From the NCBI GenBank assembly GCA_963169695.1, contig CAUJDS010000076.1:14452-46451 (forward strand): a stretch of DNA of 32,000 nt, in the 5' to 3' direction. Numbering within the stretch: the stretch's first letter is position 1; the number at the start of each line of letters is the position of its first letter. The notes beneath the pieces were generated by a model that was given only the letters and a program-made list of their open reading frames with translations, was not told the origin of the DNA and did not search any database. Below are positions 13,300 through 21,067 of this stretch, piece after piece. This DNA is from Bdellovibrionota bacterium (GTDB lineage: Bacteria > Bdellovibrionota > UBA1018 > CAUJDS01). Position numbers and translations under genes: made by a program.

Positions 13300-15608
13300 A
13301 GATAAGAAATCTAGTTTCGCTTCTTGTGGCGTCCATGCTAATTTCTTCCACTTCATTCGCAACACCAGAAGCATCGCTTGAAGCACTCAATCTCAAGACC
13401 AATGACGAGGTTTTGAAAATCATAAAACCTCTCATGGATAAGTACTGCAAGGACAGCTGCCAGGTACTCAGCGCAAAGCCTGAAATTAAACTTCAAGACA
13501 CCGAAGAAACCGCACCCGGATTTGATGAAATCGCGCCACAGGAAGCCCTCAATTACAAGCCAGCCCTGGTGACTGTAGATGTTCTGGTAGATGAAATTGT
13601 AGGTCAAGTCACCCTTTCGCATCTTTTTGGTATCATACAAGAACACCTGAGCATACTTCCGTACCCTGTTATCTTGAATGAAAGGCGCAAGAAATTCCCG
13701 CAACCCTTGACGTCTGTTCAAAAAATGGCGGAACTGCGCAATAAAGTGGCCACGGACTTTCGGCAGAAAATTGAAGAGCTTTTTCGTGAATTCTGTCCGA
13801 AACAATGTATTCTGGCAGACCTAGATGTTTCATTGCAACAGCGCAATTTAGAAGAAGCCCAATACAACGCTAGCGGAGAATACATTACGGACGGAGATAC
13901 CTCTGCCAAGATCAATAAAATTTCCGGCCAAATTCTCTTCGATACGACCCTTACTCCGGATGAACAAACCGCCATCTTCGAAATGGCTCAACTCAAAACT
14001 AATTCCTACAAAAGCGTCAATCTTCAAGCAAAGAGCCGCTCTTTTCCCCATCCCGAACCCTATTCGGAAGATGGTTCGAATTTGGCATATGGTCGCATGG
14101 GCGGCAAGTACAGAGGATTGAGTTCGCAAGAGAGCAAGACTCAGAAGTCTGACTCAAAGAATTCTCAGCAGACGGATCGCAGGCTTTCTTCTTCGAGCAA
14201 TAACTCTCAGACGAATCAATCCAACAGTAAGACATCACAAGAATCCCAATTCAATAAAACTCAAAACGAAAGTGCCGAGAAATCCGAAAGTTATCAACGT
14301 ACTGAGCGAATTGAGCGAGTTGAAAGTGGCGACGCGGTTCAGGCCGAATTGAAGCGGCTTTCTGTATGGGGAGTCATCTTTGCGTGTTCAGTGCTTTCTC
14401 TTCTCATCTTTATAGCATTGGCCACCTATGCACCACGATCCAAGAAATCGAGCGAAAATTCACTTCTGCAGTGGATCCAAAAGTCGCCTAAAGGATCAAA
14501 AGAGCAGCTACCAGCCAAGACTGGGCCTAAGTCATCCAATGATTCCATTGCGCGTCGCTACGAAATTGACAACCTCATAGATGAATTGACTAGGATCTTT
14601 GCAGAACATCCCAAGGTTGCCAAGCACGCCTTCACTAGAGTTCTCACGGAAGAAGGAGTCGAAATCACAGCCGCCTATATATCAATCTTGGGCGAAAGCA
14701 TCGTACTTGATCTCCTCAAGGATCCCAGCCTGCAGAATGACGTCAATGAACTCACCGAATACTACGCTAAGAACACGCTGGAATTGAAAGACGAAGATAA
14801 ACTCGAGCTGCTCAAGAAGCTTCACAATCGTGCAATTGCATCTAAGCTTCAAGTGATTGGCAATCGCTCTTCTAACGCATTTGATTTCTTAGTGGAGATG
14901 GACGGCCTTCAAATTCTTGAAATGATTCAGAATGAATCCCTTACAGTAAAGGCAATCGTACTAACTCAATGTGATACGCAAAAGCGAGCTATTATCTACT
15001 CACACTGGGACGACGACGCTCGCGCCAAGATTCTAAAAGAATTATCTCGAATTGATCACCTTCCTCGAAATTATATTTATAACGTTTCTAATGCTCTACG
15101 TCGAAAGCGGCAAGACAATCCTCGCCTCAATACCGAGGCCCTTCCTGGTTCCGAAGTACTGGTGGGCCTATTAGAAAAGTCTTCCTTTGGGCAGCAACAA
15201 CAAGTCGTGATGGACCTAGAACAGAACAATCCTGAGAGTGCACGCGTACTCAAGAGCAAACTTGTTAGCATCGACACGCTACGCTACCTCCGCGACTCCC
15301 AGTTGCTCGAAGTCGTGCTCAGTCTCAAACACGAGGAGCTGCTTGCATTCCTCAAGGGCGCACCAGACCATATTCGCAAAACCATATTTGACAAGTCACC
15401 CAAAGATTTGGCCGAGGAAATTCAGGATGAGTTGACCATGGTCAGTCCGCTCAACCGCGACACCTACCAGGTAGTGGAACGTAAGATTCTCAATCGGGTA
15501 CGCCTCATGGCAAACGACGGACTCATCAATCTCATTGAAACCAACGAACGCATGTTTGCCGAAAGTCCCGCCAACCATGCCGGAGCTAGGAGGGCCGCAG
15601 GATGGTAG
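13296..15608 (+). CDS. bitopic membrane protein: periplasmic duplicated C-x3-C module, low-complexity linker, one TM, cytoplasmic FliG-like (N/M/C) region
   Basis: Signal peptide MKIRNLVSLLVASMLISSTSFA|TPEA. TM LSVWGVIFACSVLSLLIFIALATYA (nt ~14358-14432). C-terminal LLAFLKGAPDHIRKTIFDKSPKDLAEEIQDELTMVSPLNRDTYQVVERKILNRVRLMANDGLINL is colinear with recalled E. coli FliG [65 protein letters not shown]. The FliG-middle-like segment is ILEMIQNESLTVKAIVLTQCDTQKRAIIYSHWDDDARAKILKELSRI. Confidence 0.7.
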   Translation: MKIRNLVSLLVASMLISSTSFATPEASLEALNLKTNDEVLKIIKPLMDKYCKDSCQVLSAKPEIKLQDTEETAPGFDEIAPQEALNYKPALVTVDVLVDEIVGQVTLSHLFGIIQEHLSILPYPVILNERRKKFPQPLTSVQKMAELRNKVATDFRQKIEELFREFCPKQCILADLDVSLQQRNLEEAQYNASGEYITDGDTSAKINKISGQILFDTTLTPDEQTAIFEMAQLKTNSYKSVNLQAKSRSFPHPEPYSEDGSNLAYGRMGGKYRGLSSQESKTQKSDSKNSQQTDRRLSSSSNNSQTNQSNSKTSQESQFNKTQNESAEKSESYQRTERIERVESGDAVQAELKRLSVWGVIFACSVLSLLIFIALATYAPRSKKSSENSLLQWIQKSPKGSKEQLPAKTGPKSSNDSIARRYEIDNLIDELTRIFAEHPKVAKHAFTRVLTEEGVEITAAYISILGESIVLDLLKDPSLQNDVNELTEYYAKNTLELKDEDKLELLKKLHNRAIASKLQVIGNRSSNAFDFLVEMDGLQILEMIQNESLTVKAIVLTQCDTQKRAIIYSHWDDDARAKILKELSRIDHLPRNYIYNVSNALRRKRQDNPRLNTEALPGSEVLVGLLEKSSFGQQQQVVMDLEQNNPESARVLKSKLVSIDTLRYLRDSQLLEVVLSLKHEELLAFLKGAPDHIRKTIFDKSPKDLAEEIQDELTMVSPLNRDTYQVVERKILNRVRLMANDGLINLIETNERMFAESPANHAGARRAAGW

Positions 15609-16120
15609 GCACTTCAGAAGGAAAACCAACCTTAGAGATCCTGAAAAATATTCAGCTCTTTAAGGTTTTTACTGATTCGGAACTTCAACAGCTCCTTGCC
15701 ATGGGACAATCTGAATCGCACCAATCGTATTCTAATATTGTGATCGAGGGAGAGCTATCCTGGAGCCTCTATCTCATTCTCCAAGGCACCGTCGGCATCT
15801 TCAAGACTAATCCGCTTAGCGAGAACTCTTATGATATTGGCCAACTCAAAGAGGGAAGCTTCTTTGGCGAAATGTCTCTGGTCGATGAGAATGGCCGCTC
15901 AGCGACTGTAAGAGCACTAACCGATTGCGTTGTGTTTGTCATATCCAAGGAAGCATTTTCTACTTTTCTCAATAGCTCCACTGAACGACGTACTCGATTT
16001 TACGAAAAATGCATCAAGACTCTGGTCGATCGACTCCGAGAACTGAACGATGGATATGTGATCAGTCAGTATCAACTCTGGAAATCGGCGCTAAAAAAAG
16101 ATTCCGAGGAGGCCGCCTAA
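15602..16120 (+). CDS. stand-alone cyclic nucleotide-binding (CAP effector domain) protein
   Basis: 172 aa. Canonical CNB fold motifs: LFKVFTDSELQQL..., IVIEGE....LYLILQGTVGIF, phosphate-binding cassette FFGEMSLVDENGRSATVRALTDC. AGGAGG SD. The ATG overlaps the upstream stop region by 7 nt, and its stop TAA abuts the motA ATG. Confidence 0.88.
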   Translation: MVGTSEGKPTLEILKNIQLFKVFTDSELQQLLAMGQSESHQSYSNIVIEGELSWSLYLILQGTVGIFKTNPLSENSYDIGQLKEGSFFGEMSLVDENGRSATVRALTDCVVFVISKEAFSTFLNSSTERRTRFYEKCIKTLVDRLRELNDGYVISQYQLWKSALKKDSEEAA

Positions 16121-16903
16121 ATGAACCTTTCATCATTCTTCGGTGTTTTGCTAGGAATTGGAATTGTCGTTGCAGCGATTCATGAAAGTGGAATGCAGGC
16201 TGCATTCTTTCTAAATTTTCATGGTGTGGTGATTGTCGTAGGTGGAACACTTGCAGCGGCAAGTATTAGTTTTCCACTCTCAAAAGTTCTATCTCTTCTA
16301 AGGGTATTTTTTCAACGGGTTCTAGGAAGGAATAAAATCGACTACCAATCGATCATTACCCAACTACTTGAGGCGAATCGAAAGTTCAACCTCGGTCAAG
16401 GGTCGGTAGCTGAGTTGACTGCTGGAATACAACACAGCTTCCTTAAGGAAGCGATTGAGCTTGCAGCAACAGGTGTCCTGACTCAAAAAGAAGTGAGGCA
16501 AGTCCTTGAGCAGCGTGTAAAAACTATGGAAAATCGCTATATGTACGAAGCCAATATGTTTCGTATCCTAGGGCGATTTCCTCCAGCGTTTGGACTGCTC
16601 GCCACAACCCTAGGAATGATAGCGCTACTACAAAATCTTGGTCAGCCTGGCGCAGAAAAGCTCATCGGACCAGCCATGTCTATAGGACTCGTCGGTACCC
16701 TCTATGGAATAGCACTAGCCAACCTCGTTTTTCTGCCCATCGCAGAGAATCTCACTGTGAGAACCAAGGAAGAAATGGAATTGCGTCGGATGATCATAGA
16801 GGGAGCTGTCTTACTTAAGGCGCAAGTGAACCCGATGTCTATGCGAGAGAGCCTCAATTCCTTCCTTGCACCAGGAGAGCGCGTACTGAGAAGGGCTGCG
16901 TAG
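16121..16903 (+). CDS. motA: flagellar stator protein MotA/PomA family
   Basis: 260 aa. Four TM segments with a ~100-aa cytoplasmic loop between TM2 and TM3. Conserved PPAFGLLATTLGMI (TM3 Pro) and IGPAMSIGLVGTLYGIALANLVFLPIA (TM4 Pro). GAGGAGG SD. Confidence 0.9.
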   Translation: MNLSSFFGVLLGIGIVVAAIHESGMQAAFFLNFHGVVIVVGGTLAAASISFPLSKVLSLLRVFFQRVLGRNKIDYQSIITQLLEANRKFNLGQGSVAELTAGIQHSFLKEAIELAATGVLTQKEVRQVLEQRVKTMENRYMYEANMFRILGRFPPAFGLLATTLGMIALLQNLGQPGAEKLIGPAMSIGLVGTLYGIALANLVFLPIAENLTVRTKEEMELRRMIIEGAVLLKAQVNPMSMRESLNSFLAPGERVLRRAA

Positions 16904-16911
16904 GAACACCT

Positions 16912-17739
16912 ATGGCACTTTCATTCTTAAAAAAGAAGAATCCGGAATCGGATTCGTCGGAGAAACTGCCTGACCAGCCTCATGATTCTTATCAATCAGA
17001 AGGAGATGAATCCAATTGGCTGGTGTCCTACGCGGATATGATGACGCTACTCTGTGCTTTTTTCATCATGATGTTTAGTATGTCGACCCTGCAGACGCCA
17101 AAGTTCGAGAAGGCCAGGGAAGAGGTTTCAAAGCACTTTGGAGGCGGCTATGACAAGCCCAACGCCCAACTTTCTAAGGTGGTGCAAGATTCAATTGCTT
17201 CGGCCCAATTGGGTAAGGAAGTCACAGTAAGATCGAATCCGGCAGGTGTTTCTATAAGCTTTGAATCCACGCTCTTCTTTGACAGCCTAGGCGCGGCTGT
17301 CAAATCAGATGGCCAGAAAGTTCTCACAGAACTTGCTCGATCAGTCTTGAGATACGCCAAAGACCATCAAATGAAATACAAAATTGTAGTGGAAGGGCAT
17401 ACAGACGCTCAGCCCATCTTAAGCGGCACCTTTCTATCAAATTGGGAACTATCTGGCGCTCGAGCCTCTCGAGTGGTCGACATTTTCTTGGCCCAAGGAT
17501 TTCAACCCGCTGACTTCATGCCAGTAGGGTACGGATCGACCCGACCTCGTGAGCCAAGCCGAGATTCAAACGGAAACTGGATTCCAGAAAATCTTGCCAA
17601 AAATAGGCGTGTGGTCCTGCGCATCCTAGATTCACAAGAAAACTCCATCCCTTGGAATATGGACTTGGACCTAGCTATTGATCCGCCACCCGAATCGGCA
17701 AAGTCTGCCGCCATTGCGCTTCCACCCCCTTCTCACTGA
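16912..17739 (+). CDS. motB: flagellar stator protein MotB (OmpA-like peptidoglycan-binding C-terminus)
   Basis: WLVSYADMMTLLCAFFIMMF (channel Asp in YADMMTLL). OmpA-like VVEGHTDAQP...SNWELSGARASRVVDIFL...GYGSTRP...NRRVVLRI. Confidence 0.9.
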   Translation: MALSFLKKKNPESDSSEKLPDQPHDSYQSEGDESNWLVSYADMMTLLCAFFIMMFSMSTLQTPKFEKAREEVSKHFGGGYDKPNAQLSKVVQDSIASAQLGKEVTVRSNPAGVSISFESTLFFDSLGAAVKSDGQKVLTELARSVLRYAKDHQMKYKIVVEGHTDAQPILSGTFLSNWELSGARASRVVDIFLAQGFQPADFMPVGYGSTRPREPSRDSNGNWIPENLAKNRRVVLRILDSQENSIPWNMDLDLAIDPPPESAKSAAIALPPPSH

Positions 17740-17764
17740 TCCTAGTGAGAAGAGGTCCTGCCGG

Positions 17765-18571
17765 ATGCGATGGAGTTGTCCGCATTGTAAAGTAAGTCAA
17801 AGTATTCCTGACGAACGAGTAGAGGGGGGCTGGTCTTTTGCTCGATGCTACAAGTGCAACGGATATTCTCTCGTGCGCAAGTCTGACGTCAAAACATTTA
17901 AAGTTGCACAACCACCCGAACAAGCCACCGTTCTCAATTCCCATCCCAGCGAAGTACCTCTCATGAGCCGAGAGGCTACTAACCATTTGCAATTGACACT
18001 GAAGAATGCGGCCATTCGATCCGAAAATTTTCAAGAACTGGCAAAGTCTCTTCAGAACCAAGAAGTGAATCAGACTAATGAGGGGCCAAAAAAAGCTATA
18101 AGCGAACGTATGCTTCCCTATGCCATTGGTCTTGCTGGAGCCCTCGCGCTCTTTTCCGGCGCCTACCTATTTATGGAGGGACAGTCTCTTTGGAATAAAG
18201 CACACCATGCAAGCCGAGAAGCCGATCCCATTCCAGTAGAACCTAGCATTGCAGCACCGATCAAAGATGAACTGAAAGAAGCAGCAATGGCCCCTGTTCG
18301 AGAGCCCGTACAGGAATCGGCTCAAGTACCGGAGACCGTCTTCAAACCGGAAGTCATTTATCGCTCTATCGTCATTAAGCCTCTTGCGGACCGCGTAAAT
18401 CTGCGGACTGAGCCAAACGTGCAGGCGGGTATATCCGGTACGGCGACACGTTCGGATCGCTTTACGGTACATCAATGGAAGAGCGACTGGTTTGAGGTTT
18501 CAAACGTGAAATTTCCGGATAAAAAATACTGGATCCGAAACGACTTCGTATCTGTAGCCGAAAATGAATAA
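17765..18571 (+). CDS. zinc-ribbon (MJ0042-type) / single TM / C-terminal SH3b-like domain protein
   Basis: The track ORF starts at 17678 and overlaps motB. ATG 17765 gives MRWSCPHCKVSQSIPDERVEGGWSFARCYKCNGYSL (CxxC...CxxC). TM is MLPYAIGLAGALALFSGAYLF. The C-terminus VNLRTEPNVQAGISGTATRSDRFTVHQWKSDWFEVSNVKFPDKKYWIRNDFV resembles bacterial SH3. Confidence 0.65.
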   Translation: MRWSCPHCKVSQSIPDERVEGGWSFARCYKCNGYSLVRKSDVKTFKVAQPPEQATVLNSHPSEVPLMSREATNHLQLTLKNAAIRSENFQELAKSLQNQEVNQTNEGPKKAISERMLPYAIGLAGALALFSGAYLFMEGQSLWNKAHHASREADPIPVEPSIAAPIKDELKEAAMAPVREPVQESAQVPETVFKPEVIYRSIVIKPLADRVNLRTEPNVQAGISGTATRSDRFTVHQWKSDWFEVSNVKFPDKKYWIRNDFVSVAENE

Positions 18572-18575
18572 ACAG

Positions 18576-20093
18576 CTACCGAGGATTCTGAGGCTTACAA
18601 AGCCAAACTGAGATTGCCTTGCCAGGTACACCCATTCGTTCTTGAATCGGCACAAGTTGATCTTCACAAAAGGAATTTCTGAAGCCAGGCCCTTGGGCAT
18701 AACGTTGGTCCGTAACGTAAATGACTGGTTCGATTAGTGCTGGCCAATCTGTACGGCGCTCTTCACTTAGACCAAGGTCTCTCCAATCCGAAGCTTCTCT
18801 AGCGTCTACTGGCAAGCGCGTTGCAGCGAATTCAGGACCAAGCGCCATAGCTGCTTGTGACAAAGTTTGGTAACGAGATCCGATGACAGGAAGTTGCGAG
18901 GAAAGCCCTTTTGACTTCAAAAATGAGGGAAGAAAGCCCCACCCTCTCAGGTCATTGGATGGATCATGGAGGGGATTAGGTATTTGATTCAAGACGTACT
19001 TCTCAGTCCATCCAACCAAGGGAAGGTGACAACCTAGAAAAACCAATGCGGTTAGAGCAATACTCACTTTCCAAAATCCCTTAAACAATCTATGGAGTGA
19101 AAGTCTTGACCAGTGAGTTGAAAAGAAAAGCATTAGCGGAAACCAAAAGGTCAAACTCCAATGAATTTTATAGTCCGAAAAAAAAGGTTGAAGCCCAAAA
19201 ACAAGAAATGCAGGGAAGAACCAAACCAGTAAATACCTCTGCTCTCTAGGAAGGGGCCACTTTCGACCTGTTCTCATTCGCTCCCAAAGTAACCGAGCCG
19301 AAAAAAGCATGAGAACGGGCCCAGCTACTAAAAATTGCAGAAGCCAAAATCGGAGACCCTGTTGAAGACGAAAGTGCCCCCCCGAGTGCCGCTCCGAAAG
19401 CTGGTAAGCAATAGGGCGCCAATCTTCCTGCCAATTCCAATAGAGCGTAGGCAGCAGTGATAAGCCGATTGATAAAATAGAGAGAAAAAGAAGCCGCTTC
19501 CACCGACCATGCTGAATAAGATTTTTTCTCCAGAGGATCAACGAACCAAAGGCACTGGCAGCTGGCAAGATTCCCGAAAATTTGGACAATAGGACCAAAG
19601 CATAGCCAGCAACGAGGAGAACTTCATTTTGCTTAGTGGGCTCACCCACGATTTCTGCCCAAACGGCGTAGATCAATAAACTCATTCCGAAAAACATCGG
19701 AAGGTCAGGAACACTCATCCACAGCCCCAATACAAATCCAGAGAAAGCAAATACACCTGCGAGCAATCCCCTGAAGGCTTCTCTTTCATCCCGCAAAACC
19801 AGACAGAGCCAGCGGTGGGCAAAAACCAAAATCCCAAAACTGCAAATAGCTGCCCCGAGGCGCATCAATCCGGGAGAAGTGGCAGACCACCCCAGGATGG
19901 CCCCAACCTTTTGAATGAAGTATTGAATCCAAAGTATCATTGGCGGGTGGTACGCAAATCCCCAGCGCCACTCACGAGAAAGCACCCAGTAATAGGCCTC
20001 ATCATCGGAGGGTCCAAGCATTGCCCCATGTAGCCACAGCAGCGTACACAGCCCAAAAAGTAAGTAGGTAGGTTTTTTAATGAAATGCGTCAT
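18576..20093 (-). CDS. GT-C fold glycosyltransferase, family 39 / ArnT-PMT-like
   Basis: 505 aa and polytopic. The first periplasmic loop motif SDDEAYYW is typical of ArnT/PMT_2 enzymes. The start ATG overlaps the upstream M14 gene stop (ATGA). Confidence 0.7.
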   Translation of the reverse strand: MTHFIKKPTYLLFGLCTLLWLHGAMLGPSDDEAYYWVLSREWRWGFAYHPPMILWIQYFIQKVGAILGWSATSPGLMRLGAAICSFGILVFAHRWLCLVLRDEREAFRGLLAGVFAFSGFVLGLWMSVPDLPMFFGMSLLIYAVWAEIVGEPTKQNEVLLVAGYALVLLSKFSGILPAASAFGSLILWRKNLIQHGRWKRLLFLSILSIGLSLLPTLYWNWQEDWRPIAYQLSERHSGGHFRLQQGLRFWLLQFLVAGPVLMLFSARLLWERMRTGRKWPLPREQRYLLVWFFPAFLVFGLQPFFSDYKIHWSLTFWFPLMLFFSTHWSRLSLHRLFKGFWKVSIALTALVFLGCHLPLVGWTEKYVLNQIPNPLHDPSNDLRGWGFLPSFLKSKGLSSQLPVIGSRYQTLSQAAMALGPEFAATRLPVDAREASDWRDLGLSEERRTDWPALIEPVIYVTDQRYAQGPGFRNSFCEDQLVPIQERMGVPGKAISVWLCKPQNPR

Positions 20094-21067
20094 CGAAATA
20101 CGAAATTTCCGGCCTCAGCTCCTATAGCTGGATTGTAATCCGGAACTCGAAATTCAACCACTGCATGCATCCCTTTTTTAAAGGCTTCCCAATAGGAGTT
20201 GGCTTTATCGGGATTGGCAGTAGGCAACTCAAGTGTCAACGTAGGAATACCCCGCTCCTGTCCTGCGTAATTGCCGAGAGAACCTACAAAGTAGCCACCA
20301 GAAACGGCATGGACCTTCGATCGAAGTCGCAAACACTCCCGAACATAATCGTTTGGAAATCGCTTTAACGTCAAAACATTGGGGCCATCATAATCCATAA
20401 AATTCAAAGGCGCGTGAATGGAAAGGATCTTGTTAGGGCGAAAACGGTAAATCAAATTTCTCTGAAAAATGGTTTCCGGCTCTGAATTGGGCGATGCCCC
20501 TGGATTTCGTCGCGGATCAGATCGAAATCGCTGCTTCCATAAAGCCAATGCACTCTTCTTCCAGTCTCGCGTATGAAAATTGCGATTCAAATCCACGCCT
20601 CTCGCATTATATCTCGTTCTCTTATCAAGATAGAAGCCATCTGGATTTACCAATGGTGCAATGATGACTCTCGCTCCCGGTGAATCCTGTGGATGAAGAT
20701 GAAGCCACTCAATGAGCTTGAGGCCCAGGTACAATGGCGTATTTTCATCCGGATGCACCATGGTCAGAACCAGTGTCGTATTATCCGAATCCTCAGGGCC
20801 AAACTCAAAATAGACAAGTGGCCTGCCTAGAATGGATTGGCCACCGACACGAAAAAGGTCCTTGCGAACGCAAACTGGAACCTTCCACCCAAAATCCTGA
20901 ACAGCTTTCTCTAAATTCTTGCACCAGACTTCTCTCTGAGCTTCGAGCTGAGCAGCTTCCTCTCGAGCCCAATTAGGCGAATGGTTACTGCCACCAAAGG
21001 CTAGGTAAGGAATAAAATTTCCAAAAAGGATTCCTAATAGCGCGGCACGACCAAAAGTCCGTCTCAT
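20090..21067 (-). CDS. M14 family zinc carboxypeptidase (MpaA-like murein peptide amidase type)
   Basis: VHPDENTP (HxxE zinc site), LVNPDG, ARGVDLNRNF and ILSIHAP motifs appear in canonical order. Start placed at ATG 21067 (MRRTFGRAALLGILFG.., signal-like), overlapping the dedA stop as ATGA. Confidence 0.75.
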   Translation of the reverse strand: MRRTFGRAALLGILFGNFIPYLAFGGSNHSPNWAREEAAQLEAQREVWCKNLEKAVQDFGWKVPVCVRKDLFRVGGQSILGRPLVYFEFGPEDSDNTTLVLTMVHPDENTPLYLGLKLIEWLHLHPQDSPGARVIIAPLVNPDGFYLDKRTRYNARGVDLNRNFHTRDWKKSALALWKQRFRSDPRRNPGASPNSEPETIFQRNLIYRFRPNKILSIHAPLNFMDYDGPNVLTLKRFPNDYVRECLRLRSKVHAVSGGYFVGSLGNYAGQERGIPTLTLELPTANPDKANSYWEAFKKGMHAVVEFRVPDYNPAIGAEAGNFVFR

